Shown: one piece after another, positions 35,626 to 44,666 of the stretch | How positions within the stretch are numbered: the stretch's first letter is position 1 | Layout: each line of letters starts with the position of its first letter | Assembly: GCA_944322665.1 (NCBI GenBank) | Contig: CALUPM010000001.1 | Coordinates: 7,201 to 71,200 of the forward strand | Length of the DNA stretch: 64,000 bases | Direction: 5' to 3' | Source: Candidatus Gastranaerophilales bacterium | Lineage (GTDB): Bacteria > Cyanobacteriota > Vampirovibrionia > Gastranaerophilales > Gastranaerophilaceae | Notes under the pieces: model-generated | The model's input: only the letters and a program-made list of their open reading frames with translations | Databases searched by the model: none | Told to the model about the DNA's origin: nothing | Program-made: the position numbers and the translations under genes

Positions 35626-37674
35626 TTAGCTGAAGTATTTAAAGTGTCTTTCAACGTTTTTGTCCAGTGCTGATTTTATTGAATCATATTCTGTCTGAAG
35701 CGCTTCGTGCTCTGTATCAATATTCTTAAGTTCAAGGTCATAAAGTTTGTCTTTTGCCTGAATTTTATTTGTTTCACGCGTATATTCGGCTTCAGCCTGA
35801 GTAATCATCAAGTCGACGGTATCTTCAGTAATATCACTGCAGTTTGAATACATTGTAGAAACCCACTGAAATTCGTCATCTACCTGAATCATGCTTAATA
35901 ATCCGCTTTCAAATGCATATTTAATCCAGTCCGGATCTTTTGCAAGTTCAGCCGAAATGGATTGATATCCATCTTCATTCATTTTATTAAAGATGTTAGT
36001 GTACCACTGGGCTTTTGCATCTGCATTTTCATCGGGATTTGTTTTATCGACCCAGGTGTACTTCGGTGCACCGAGCAAATCAATCATACTTTCGATCAAA
36101 TAAACATCAAGGACTGCCTCAAAATTTGTTTGATATGAAACTTGCTGGGAAGCCCCGCCGATAACCTGATCAATAACTACGGTAGATGTGCTGTCAAGGT
36201 TTGTGGTCGGAATGCCTGACTCAAGAATCCATTCCATATCATCAAGTTTATCGTAATCCTGAGAACCTATGTCATATCCAAAAATAAAGATAGATAACTG
36301 CTTTGCAGCTGCTTCATACGCAGCTTTTTCAGTAGGCGCAGAGTCTGCAAATTTATCTCTGTCCATCTGAGAAAGTACGTTCTGGTTAAAATATTTGTAA
36401 ATATATTTTACTTGATGAGCTATTTCATCAGCATTTGCTTCTTCCTCCATAATTGCAACTCCGCTGGTTGGAGAAAAAGTACAGGTTCCGCTTTTTGTAG
36501 ATGTAGTTGTTGAACCATCTTCCTCATCGACTTCGGTTTCTGTACAGGTGTAGGTAAAGGAGTAAGTTCCATCCCCGTTATCAACTACCGCACCCGGTGA
36601 ATATGATGTTGAGCCTGACTCTCCTTCAGATGATGAGCCTGCAACCGAATATGGAGGAGTGCTGCCTTCATTATAAGTTACAATAAAGGCTCCATCATTT
36701 ATTGAATACTGATTGTTCCCTTCATCTGTAAAGTCTGTGCTGGTTGTTATAGTCGCTGAACTACCGCTGCTGTCAAATTCAATACTTTCATTTAACAAAT
36801 AATTCATGTTATCATAGAAGACGGTGTTCATTGTATTTCCGTCAGCATCAGTAGTTTCAGTAATTATATAATCATCACCTGTCAATTCATTAAATAATAA
36901 GTTAATGTAGTTTAGAGCCTCAAAAGAACCTGTAACCTGATCTGTTTTTGTGCCTCCGACTACATCGTTATACATATCTTCATAACCGGTTGTATAACCA
37001 TTTGGTTTATATTCAAAAAGGAAAGTTTTCATTTCTTTGATAACAGCATTTGTGTAAGCGTTATCGGCCTTTGTATAATCATCAAGAAGGCGTTCATAAA
37101 CTCCCATTTCGGTTGAAGTCTTCGACATTTCGTAACCGTAATGTAAGCCTGAAATTCTGTTGCCCTCGGCATCATATTCAATATCACCTTCATAACGGGT
37201 TTTCATATCATCCGTAAGCCCGTAGTCAGTAATTATAGTGTTAAGAACATTTGCATTTGTTTCCCAGTATGTAGAGGTATCCTTTTCAATACCGTATAGT
37301 TTCAAAAATTCTGTTAAAGCATCTGTATCTTCATTACCTTCAGCCGCAGCTATTGCCTGCTCATATTTTGCGGCATCAAGTTCGCTTACAACCATTTCTC
37401 CGGATTTGTTTATAAGTCCGTACTGGTTATTGTAAGAGCTGTATGCTGTTAAATTATTAAACGTCAACTGCTGGTAAAGATCGTTACCTTGTGCGTCTTT
37501 ATTGGACATCATTAATTGTGTCTGGTTCAGTGCGCTGATATACTTTTCGCTTGCCTTTGAAGAATCTTCGGTAAGGCGTATTTTTGCATTATTAATCAAC
37601 TGCGCCCGCAATTCATTGTCTGAAAGACGGGAGGTTATTGATAATAATCTGGCCTGTGATGCTGCCATTCCCAT
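35626..37674 (-). CDS. hypothetical 682-aa protein: helical N- and C-termini flanking a T/S/G/D/N/Y-rich central region
   Basis: N-terminus MGMAASQARLLSITSRLSDNELRAQLINNAKIRL. C-terminus KDKLYDLELKNIDTEHEALQTEYDSIKSALDKNVERHFKYF. The centre contains stretches such as GSSSEGESGSTSYSPGAVVDNGDGTYSFTYTCTETEVDEEDGSTTTSTKSG. No family recognised. Confidence 0.8.
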   Translation of the reverse strand: MGMAASQARLLSITSRLSDNELRAQLINNAKIRLTEDSSKASEKYISALNQTQLMMSNKDAQGNDLYQQLTFNNLTAYSSYNNQYGLINKSGEMVVSELDAAKYEQAIAAAEGNEDTDALTEFLKLYGIEKDTSTYWETNANVLNTIITDYGLTDDMKTRYEGDIEYDAEGNRISGLHYGYEMSKTSTEMGVYERLLDDYTKADNAYTNAVIKEMKTFLFEYKPNGYTTGYEDMYNDVVGGTKTDQVTGSFEALNYINLLFNELTGDDYIITETTDADGNTMNTVFYDNMNYLLNESIEFDSSGSSATITTSTDFTDEGNNQYSINDGAFIVTYNEGSTPPYSVAGSSSEGESGSTSYSPGAVVDNGDGTYSFTYTCTETEVDEEDGSTTTSTKSGTCTFSPTSGVAIMEEEANADEIAHQVKYIYKYFNQNVLSQMDRDKFADSAPTEKAAYEAAAKQLSIFIFGYDIGSQDYDKLDDMEWILESGIPTTNLDSTSTVVIDQVIGGASQQVSYQTNFEAVLDVYLIESMIDLLGAPKYTWVDKTNPDENADAKAQWYTNIFNKMNEDGYQSISAELAKDPDWIKYAFESGLLSMIQVDDEFQWVSTMYSNCSDITEDTVDLMITQAEAEYTRETNKIQAKDKLYDLELKNIDTEHEALQTEYDSIKSALDKNVERHFKYFS

Positions 37675-37719
37675 AGTTTTACGCCTTTTCCTTTCAAGTT
37701 AGTACTATTCTTATCTATG

Positions 37720-37747
37720 GTATCGGCTATATCCGGCTGTTTCTTTA
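37720..37747 (-). promoter_or_regulatory. sigma28 (FliA/SigD)-like promoter TAAA-N16-GCCGATAC upstream of the 682-aa gene
   Basis: The minus strand reads TTAAAGAAACAGCCGGATATAGCCGATACC. The consensus is TAAA-N15-GCCGATAA. The site lies about 47 nt before the ATG. Confidence 0.35.
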
Positions 37748-37775
37748 ATAAATATCCCCAATTTATTACAATTTG

Positions 37776-38819
37776 TTACAATTTTAATAATGCTTTTTTT
37801 AATCTATCCAGCTTTTTTATGTCGGTTCCTATTCCGCAGAGCAAAAGGGTTGAAATTTCGTTTGTCCGTTCGTCTTCTATTCCATATTTGTTGTAAAGTT
37901 TGCCGGATAGCTCTTCTCCTGACATTCCGGCTGTTTTTATCAGTATTTTGGTTATATCATCCCCTCCAAAAGTAATATTCGGGCAGGAGGCTTTCATATT
38001 TTCAATATTTTCAATTAACTCTTCAATTTTTTTCTTGCCTCCTGGGCTGTTTAGAAATTTTATGTTTGCTTCAATCGTTGCAAGAAGAGGATATGAAGGG
38101 GAGGTTGTGTTTATCATTTTAAGAGCATTTTCGGGATTTATTTCGCAATTTGAATGTAAAAGTGCTGTCGGATTTAAGCCGCCTGCGGTTTTGTGAAGGG
38201 ATTGAACCGTAAAATCCGAAATTTTCACTGCACTTTCCGGCAATTTTTCTGAAAACGGGTATAGAGCACCGTGAGCTTCATCCGTAATTAAAAATGCTCC
38301 GTATTTATGACAGAGGTCTTTAATTGCTGTAATATCCGAAACAAAACCCTCATAAGTCGGTGAGGTTATAATTACTGCTTTTATTTTGTGATTTTTTAAA
38401 TACGGCTCAAGAATTTCCGGCGAATTTTTGTCGTAAACGCCCCAGTCTTTTTTTAGAGGCAGTTTGTAGAATACAGGGTTGCAGCCTGCGAGTTTAACCG
38501 CATTAAGATGTGACGGATGCGCATCTTCGTGTAATAAAACGTTGTCTCCTTTTTCTGCTGCGGCAAGAACAGATGCTATAATGCCGCTTGAAGAGCCATT
38601 TGTCAAAAATAAAGTATAATTTACACCGTAAATTTTTGCCGCATTATCCTGAGATTTTTTTAGGGCTTCTTCAGGATTGTGGGTGTCAGTTTCTGAAATG
38701 TCAAATTTGTAAAACTGTCTGAATTTGTGTACTATAAAAAATTTCCGGCTGTGCGAAGGGGTTGTAAACAACGTGTTTGTCGTTTTTTTACGGAAAAGTT
38801 CCAGAAGACTCAACTTCAA
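37776..38819 (-). CDS. PLP-dependent Orn/Lys/Arg decarboxylase-family enzyme (short form)
   Basis: FTTPSHSRK, TNGSSSGI, DEAHGA, QSLHKTAGG (PLP lysine). TTG start; the start is uncertain. Confidence 0.75.
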   Translation of the reverse strand: MKLSLLELFRKKTTNTLFTTPSHSRKFFIVHKFRQFYKFDISETDTHNPEEALKKSQDNAAKIYGVNYTLFLTNGSSSGIIASVLAAAEKGDNVLLHEDAHPSHLNAVKLAGCNPVFYKLPLKKDWGVYDKNSPEILEPYLKNHKIKAVIITSPTYEGFVSDITAIKDLCHKYGAFLITDEAHGALYPFSEKLPESAVKISDFTVQSLHKTAGGLNPTALLHSNCEINPENALKMINTTSPSYPLLATIEANIKFLNSPGGKKKIEELIENIENMKASCPNITFGGDDITKILIKTAGMSGEELSGKLYNKYGIEDERTNEISTLLLCGIGTDIKKLDRLKKALLKL

Positions 38820-38824
38820 ACCCT

Positions 38825-39421
38825 CTATTTATTTGCTATTTCAAGACTGCGTTTTGAGCAGTACTGGATTATAGTAAGTTTAACTTTGTTATCGGAATAT
38901 TTGAATTCGCCTGAAAGTGTGTAACCGCCTTCTCCATTCAGATTTTTTTCAATTCTTATCGGTGAAAATACACAATCAACACTCATTTCATCAGACAACG
39001 GAAGTGTAATATTGTATTCTTTATCAATATCTATACTGCAGTTTGTCACAAATTTCATACCGCCTGCAGATATATCAAGAGTTGAAATATCATAAGAATT
39101 ACCTTCACAAATAAGTTTCAGGTCATGCATATATTTAATACGGGTAAAACGACGCCTTTGCAGGAACTTATGCTTGGCAGGACTAGCAATTGTTACTCTG
39201 CGGCCGTCGATGTCTTTTGCATAAGAGTCAAAATATAGAATCCCGTTGGATGTTTGTGTGTAAAATTCACAGTAGTTGCTTTTTAAGACACCTTTAGGAT
39301 CATAGTCAAGTTCTATTGTAAAATTGTCTGGCTGAACATCAACAATTGTACCCTTATTTGCATTTCTGAAATCATAAGTAACCATTGTTATACGTTGATT
39401 GTTTTCTATTAGTTCTCTCAT
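38825..39421 (-). CDS. PilZ-domain c-di-GMP receptor (YcgR-like two-domain layout)
   Basis: RRRFTR (RxxxR) and DISAGG (DxSxxG) motifs in the C-terminal half. Confidence 0.8.
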   Translation of the reverse strand: MRELIENNQRITMVTYDFRNANKGTIVDVQPDNFTIELDYDPKGVLKSNYCEFYTQTSNGILYFDSYAKDIDGRRVTIASPAKHKFLQRRRFTRIKYMHDLKLICEGNSYDISTLDISAGGMKFVTNCSIDIDKEYNITLPLSDEMSVDCVFSPIRIEKNLNGEGGYTLSGEFKYSDNKVKLTIIQYCSKRSLEIANK

Positions 39422-39498
39422 GTATTTACCCTTTCAATGATATTATGTTGCTATAATACATTATTTTAGTGAGAAATGCAAAAAAATTAACAATTTGT

Positions 39499-39523
39499 AA
39501 AAGAAAAGCCCCTGATAAGGGGC
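39499..39523 (-). terminator. intrinsic terminator GCCCCT-GATA-AGGGGC
   Basis: Followed by TTTTCTTTT on the minus strand. This is the second terminator downstream of secY. Confidence 0.6.
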
Positions 39524-39616
39524 ATAAACTGAGCAATCAGAAGAGTTGAGGATTTACATTCTTATAATAGCGTTTTTCTCTTTGCTGTTCATTGCTTGAA
39601 TTATCTAAATTAGTAC

Positions 39617-39647
39617 AAAAAAATAGCCCCAAAGTTTATGAGGCTAT
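39617..39647 (-). terminator. intrinsic terminator after secY
   Basis: ATAGCC...GGCTAT hairpin followed by TTTTTT on the minus strand. Confidence 0.6.
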
Positions 39648-39672
39648 TTTCTAAGTTTTTTGTTTAAACAAA

Positions 39673-41010
39673 TTACTCTTTCAGGAAGGATTCGTAATTT
39701 CTTGCAAGAAGGTGTGTTCTAACCTGATTTATAAGATCAAGAGCAACACCGACCATAATTATCAGAGAGGTAGCTCCGATACCCTGAAGAGTTTTGATGT
39801 TTGTAATGTAGCTTGCAAAAGACGGAACCAGAGCAATAATGCCAAGCCCCATTGCGCCTATGAAGGTTGTTTTCGATAAAATTTTATCAAGCGCATCTGC
39901 CGTAGGCTTGCCGGGTTTTACGCCCGGTATCGAGGAGCCGTATTTTTTCAAATTATTTGCAATGTCTTTCGGCTGCATATTCGGCATAATTGACGCGTAG
40001 AAAAATGTCAACGCAACAATTAATAAGAAATACAACGCGTAATAAACAATTCCGTCAGGACTCATTATTGTTGTCAATTTAACAACAAAGTTCTTAACGG
40101 CAACAGAATTAAAGTTTGCCTGCCCGACAATACTCAAAACAGTTGAAGGGAAAAGCAAAATTGCTATTGCAAAGATAATCGGCATAACGCCGCCCGGATT
40201 CAGTTTGAACGGGATATAAGAGTTCATACCGCCGTAAACTTTGTTTCCTACCTGACGTTTCGGGTTTACTATGATAACTTTTCTTACTGCTTCCTGCATA
40301 ATAACAATGAAAATCATTGTTACAAAGAAAATTGCAAGAAGCCCGAGCAATCCTAGCTGCATAGCCGTGCTTTTTTGAACCATTTCAAATGTTCTTGAGG
40401 CATATACAGGAATTCCAGATAAAATACCAACAAAAATTATCAAAGATCCGCCGTTTCCGATACCTTTTTCCGTAATAAGTTCGGAAATCCACATTACAAG
40501 TATTGAACCCGCTGTAAGTACGGCAATTGAACTTATGTAAAACATAAAATGGTTTACATTCGGCGCAATTGCACCCGGAAGATGTCTCATAAACATCATG
40601 AAAATTATAGCCTGAAACATTGCCAGAACTACAGTAAATACACGGGTATATTGTGACAATTTACGTCTGCCTGCTTCACCTTCTTCTTTCTGAAGTTTTT
40701 CCAGCGAAGGAACAACAACAGAAATAAGCTGCATAATGATTGATGCCGTAATGTAAGGGCCGATACCAAGCGCAAATATTGATACTTTACCTAAAGCACC
40801 ACCGGAAAACAAATCCAGAAATCCTATAATATTGTTTCCCTGCGCAATATTTGAGAACACCTGATTGTTAATGCCGTATAGCGGCATCTGAACCCCGAAG
40901 CGGAATGCGGCTATCATTAAAAATGTGAAAATGATTTTCTGCTTCAAGCCTGAAGCCTGCCACATTGACATCAAATCATCGGTTGTAGGCATTTTTATTC
41001 CCTGTGCCAT
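39673..41010 (-). CDS. secY: preprotein translocase subunit SecY
   Basis: 10-TM profile with GIGPYITASII and GIMPIIFA-type motifs. The ATG overlaps the rplO stop. Confidence 0.95.
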   Translation of the reverse strand: MAQGIKMPTTDDLMSMWQASGLKQKIIFTFLMIAAFRFGVQMPLYGINNQVFSNIAQGNNIIGFLDLFSGGALGKVSIFALGIGPYITASIIMQLISVVVPSLEKLQKEEGEAGRRKLSQYTRVFTVVLAMFQAIIFMMFMRHLPGAIAPNVNHFMFYISSIAVLTAGSILVMWISELITEKGIGNGGSLIIFVGILSGIPVYASRTFEMVQKSTAMQLGLLGLLAIFFVTMIFIVIMQEAVRKVIIVNPKRQVGNKVYGGMNSYIPFKLNPGGVMPIIFAIAILLFPSTVLSIVGQANFNSVAVKNFVVKLTTIMSPDGIVYYALYFLLIVALTFFYASIMPNMQPKDIANNLKKYGSSIPGVKPGKPTADALDKILSKTTFIGAMGLGIIALVPSFASYITNIKTLQGIGATSLIIMVGVALDLINQVRTHLLARNYESFLKE

Positions 41011-41462
41011 TATACTAACTCAACCTTTCCGCCTGCTTTTTCGATTTTTTCTTTTGCCGATGGTGTAACATAGTTTGCTTTAACAGTGATAGCTTCTGTA
41101 ATTTCACCGTTGCCGAGAATTCTCAATAAATCTGCGGACGGATGAGCTTTGCCGGCTTCTTTAAGTGCTGCAAGAGTAACTTCTTTAATACCGAGCTGTG
41201 CAAGTCTGCCGACATTGATTTCTGCGGAAACAGGCTTTTTGTAAACCTGAAATCCTTTCAATTTCGGCAATCTTCTGTATGAAGGCATCTGACCTCCTTC
41301 AAAACCTCTTTTTGAAGAGCTTCCTGATCTCTGTCCTTCGCCGTTATGGCCGCGGCAGGATGTTTTTCCTCTGCCTGATGAACGGCCTCTGCCTACTCTT
41401 TTAATTTTGTGAGTTGAGCCTTCTGCAGGCTGCAAGTTTTCTAATGTAATCATATCTGTCAT
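41010..41462 (-). CDS. rplO: 50S ribosomal protein L15
   Basis: KRVGRGRSSGRGKTSCRGHNGEGQRSG. Confidence 0.93.
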   Translation of the reverse strand: MTDMITLENLQPAEGSTHKIKRVGRGRSSGRGKTSCRGHNGEGQRSGSSSKRGFEGGQMPSYRRLPKLKGFQVYKKPVSAEINVGRLAQLGIKEVTLAALKEAGKAHPSADLLRILGNGEITEAITVKANYVTPSAKEKIEKAGGKVELV

Positions 41463-41517
41463 TTTTCTTTTCCTTTATTTTTAATGTGTACCGCTCGCGT
41501 GAACTTACGCAGTAATG

Positions 41518-41700
41518 TTATTCCGCTACTTCAAGAAGGTGCGGAACTTTGTTAATCATACCTCTGATTGTTGCGCTGTCTGCGTGTTCAACAACCTGAT
41601 CTTTCTTTGTAAAGCCAAGGCCTCTTACAACTTTTCTCTGGGCTTCTGAAGCGCCTATCAGGCTTTTTACCAATTTAATTTTTAATTTTTTATCTGCCAT
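41518..41700 (-). CDS. rpmD: 50S ribosomal protein L30
   Basis: KIKLVKSLIGASEAQRKVVRGLGF. 60 aa. Confidence 0.9.
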   Translation of the reverse strand: MADKKLKIKLVKSLIGASEAQRKVVRGLGFTKKDQVVEHADSATIRGMINKVPHLLEVAE

Positions 41701-41760
41701 TTGTTAATTCCTTTTATTTTATAATCTTTACTAAATTCTTTAAAACAATTAACCGTCAGG

Positions 41761-42417
41761 TTAGTTTAAAAGTTCAGCCATTGTAAGACCGCGTTTTTTA
41801 GCAACATCGCTGAACGGAGTAAGAGCCTTCAGAGCTGCTATTGTTGCATTTGCTGCGTTTAGCGGAGATTTTGAACCGAGAGATTTTGAAAGAATATTTT
41901 CAATACCAGCAAGTTCAAGAACTGAGCGAACAGCACCGCCTGCAATAATACCTGTACCCTGTGAAGCAGGTCTTAACATAACTTCGCCTGCGCCTGAACG
42001 TCCGACAATCGGGTGCGGAATTGTTGTTTTGAAAATAGGAACCGTTACGAGGTTTTTACGTCCGTCAGCGATTGCCTTCTGGATTGCAATGATAACTTCT
42101 GCTGCTTTTGCACATCCGACGCCTACCTGACCTTTCTGGTTGCCGACGATTACAATTGCGCGGAAGCTTAATTTTTTACCGCCTTTTACAACTTTTGTAA
42201 CACGGCTGATCTGGACAACTCTTTCTGTCCATTCGCTCTGCGGTTTTTCTTCAACTGTTTCTATTTTCTGTTTTCTGCCGCGACCTTTTCTGCCTCTTGC
42301 GGGTCTTTCTTCTTCCGGTGTTTCAACTGCTTCTGAGATTGCTTCTGTTTCAGAAACTGTTTCTGAAATGTTTTCCGTTACTTCTGAAGAAATTTCTTCT
42401 TTGTTTTCTAAATCCAT
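41761..42417 (-). CDS. rpsE: 30S ribosomal protein S5 with acidic N-terminal extension
   Basis: [34 protein letters not shown] and a C-terminal S5 domain. About 50 aa of extra E/T/S-rich N-terminus. Confidence 0.92.
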   Translation of the reverse strand: MDLENKEEISSEVTENISETVSETEAISEAVETPEEERPARGRKGRGRKQKIETVEEKPQSEWTERVVQISRVTKVVKGGKKLSFRAIVIVGNQKGQVGVGCAKAAEVIIAIQKAIADGRKNLVTVPIFKTTIPHPIVGRSGAGEVMLRPASQGTGIIAGGAVRSVLELAGIENILSKSLGSKSPLNAANATIAALKALTPFSDVAKKRGLTMAELLN

Positions 42418-42574
42418 TGATTTTTACCTTTCATTTTCTTTAATAAACAAATTTTGATATTTTTTCGAACATGCCAAAATAAAGCTGATTAGAGCTATTG
42501 GAATTCATATTCGTGAGTAACTTTTCTGACAGAGTTATATTAACATCAAAAAAAATATAAATCAAGCATTTCTG

Positions 42575-43165
42575 TTATTTTTCTTCGTTTTTATTGGCTG
42601 CTGCCTGAACGCATCTTACGCCTAAAAGTTTTATATTGTCTGCATACGCATTTGTCATACCGTTTATGAAGTTTGCGCTGTAGTGTCCGTTACGGTCATA
42701 TCTGTCTTTAAGCCAGTAATTTCCGTATCTGAACACTTTTTCGTCCAGAAACAGCAAGTCTTTATCAGGCGCGCAGAAATAATTAACCTGATTTGACGGA
42801 ACAAGGCAATTTTTATCAAGGTTGTGGCAGGATTTTATAAACGTATTCTTATCTTTGATTATATGGTTATTCAAAACCATTGAAATTTTGCAGTTGGCAG
42901 AAGCTCTCCACATTTCCCATGCCTGTTCGCGGGTCGGAAGTTCCATCCCGCGTCTTTTGCAGTAATATTCAGCAGATTCAAAATCCATCGGGCCTGCATT
43001 TCTGTCATCAACGTAAAAACTGTCGTTTAAAAGCGTCATTCCCGATCCGTTTGAATTATTAAAACTATCGTACGGCTCAAATTCTCCGCTTGTCGAAAAC
43101 ATCAGAATTATTAAGGCTAAACTTAACAGACCAATTATAATTGTATTCTTTTCACTATCGTTCAT
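42575..43165 (-). CDS. hypothetical membrane-anchored protein, DUF1566/Lcl-C-like fold suspected
   Basis: N-terminal TM. FESAEYYCKRRGMELPTREQAWEMW resembles the DUF1566 core. Starts 4 nt after the PMM/PGM stop. Confidence 0.45.
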   Translation of the reverse strand: MNDSEKNTIIIGLLSLALIILMFSTSGEFEPYDSFNNSNGSGMTLLNDSFYVDDRNAGPMDFESAEYYCKRRGMELPTREQAWEMWRASANCKISMVLNNHIIKDKNTFIKSCHNLDKNCLVPSNQVNYFCAPDKDLLFLDEKVFRYGNYWLKDRYDRNGHYSANFINGMTNAYADNIKLLGVRCVQAAANKNEEK

Positions 43166-43169
43166 AATT

Positions 43170-44624
43170 CTATTTTAGTACACTTTCCAGAGTTTTAATC
43201 ATACATGTTTTGTATCTTTCGCAGTCATCTTTTGTTTTGCCTTCAAATCTGAGTGTAAAAACAGGTTCGGTGTTGCTCTGGCGGATAAGTGCAAACCCGC
43301 CGTCAAAAACTATTCTCATCCCGTCGAGGGTGATTATATCCTTAATTTTGCTGCCAAAGAGGTCTTGATTATTTTCAATACAGCTTTTAACTTTTTCAAG
43401 TGTTTCTTTTTTCTTCTCGTTTGGACAGGGGAAGCGCACTTCATCGGAAGAACACACAGCATCAAAGGGTTTCAGCATATCCTGAAGTTTAAAGGACGAA
43501 TTTTTCTTTTTGTTTCCGGAAATTATTTCAATAATTCTGCACCCTGCGTAAATTGCATCGTCAAAGCCGTAGTAGCGGTCTTTAAAGAATGTATGCCCGC
43601 TCATTTCGCCTGCCAGAAGCGCGTTTGTTTCTTTCATTTTGTCTTTAATATAGCCGTGGCCGGTTTTGCACATAACAGCGTGAGCGCCTTTGTTATTAAT
43701 TGTATCAAACAACACCTGAGAACATTTAACTTCGCTCACGACAGTCAATTTGCTTTTGTCGGCGATTGTATCGAGAATGTCCTGCGCGTAAATCAAAAGA
43801 AGTTTATCGCCTGTAAGCGGTTTGCCGTCGGGTGTAATTACCCCTATTCTGTCGCTGTCGCCGTCATAGGCTATTCCGACATCGGCTTTATTTTCAACAA
43901 CTGTTTCTTCAATGACTTTCAAGGTTTTCAAATCGCTCGGATTCGGGTGGTGGTTCGGAAAATTTCCGTCGGGGGCAGAAAACAGTTCTATAACTTCGCA
44001 CCCCAGTTCTCTGTAAAGCTGAGGCCCGACAACTCCGCCTGTTGCGTTTGCGCTGTCAACAACGACTTTTACCCCTCTGCCTGTTTCGCCGAAGCGTTTT
44101 TTCATATCCTTTATGTAGTCCGGAATAATGTTATATTCAATGACTTTTCCATTTTGAGAACAACTTTTATTATTAAGTTCTTTAAATGCGTATTCTTTAA
44201 CCTCTTTAATCTGGCTTTCGTTTAAAGTTCTTCCGCCGTAAGTCATTTTTAGTCCGTTGTATTCTTTCGGGTTGTGGCTTGCGGTAATAATCATGGCAGA
44301 CAGAATTTTCTCACCGCCCGTTATATTTTCGGGAACACCGGCCGCTTCGCTGTAATAGCCGATTGGTGTCGGCGCAAGCCCGAGGTCAACAACATTTGCA
44401 CCTGTTGAGGTTACGCCTTGAATAAGTGCTTTTGCAAGCGACGGAGAATGAGTTCTGGCATCACGTGCTACTGTCACCCAGATTTTGTTTTCGGGTTTTG
44501 ACGTGAGCATTTTCAAATATTCAACAAACCCGCGTCCTGTTGCATGAAAAATTTCCTCTGTTACATCTTCCCCGTAAATTCCTCTTATGTCGTTTTTGCC
44601 GAAGGCGTGTTCATATTTTTTCAT
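43170..44624 (-). CDS. phosphomannomutase/phosphoglucomutase
   Basis: ITASHNPKEYNG (active-site Ser), AYDGDSDRIG (Mg site), GEMSGH. Confidence 0.92.
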   Translation of the reverse strand: MKKYEHAFGKNDIRGIYGEDVTEEIFHATGRGFVEYLKMLTSKPENKIWVTVARDARTHSPSLAKALIQGVTSTGANVVDLGLAPTPIGYYSEAAGVPENITGGEKILSAMIITASHNPKEYNGLKMTYGGRTLNESQIKEVKEYAFKELNNKSCSQNGKVIEYNIIPDYIKDMKKRFGETGRGVKVVVDSANATGGVVGPQLYRELGCEVIELFSAPDGNFPNHHPNPSDLKTLKVIEETVVENKADVGIAYDGDSDRIGVITPDGKPLTGDKLLLIYAQDILDTIADKSKLTVVSEVKCSQVLFDTINNKGAHAVMCKTGHGYIKDKMKETNALLAGEMSGHTFFKDRYYGFDDAIYAGCRIIEIISGNKKKNSSFKLQDMLKPFDAVCSSDEVRFPCPNEKKKETLEKVKSCIENNQDLFGSKIKDIITLDGMRIVFDGGFALIRQSNTEPVFTLRFEGKTKDDCERYKTCMIKTLESVLK

Positions 44625-44666
44625 ATTACCTTTCTCCCCTGATATTTAAACTATAATAAATATAGC

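Noticed and set aside
43365-44225. 286-aa plus-strand ORF and many similar antisense ORFs in the track (e.g. 10881..11354, 23386..23969, 25041..25613, 16667..17110, 28331..28603, 46712..47332)
   Set aside because: Each is fully embedded antisense in a gene with clear family signatures or clear paralogy. The sequences are Phe/Cys/Arg-rich nonsense typical of AT-rich shadow frames.
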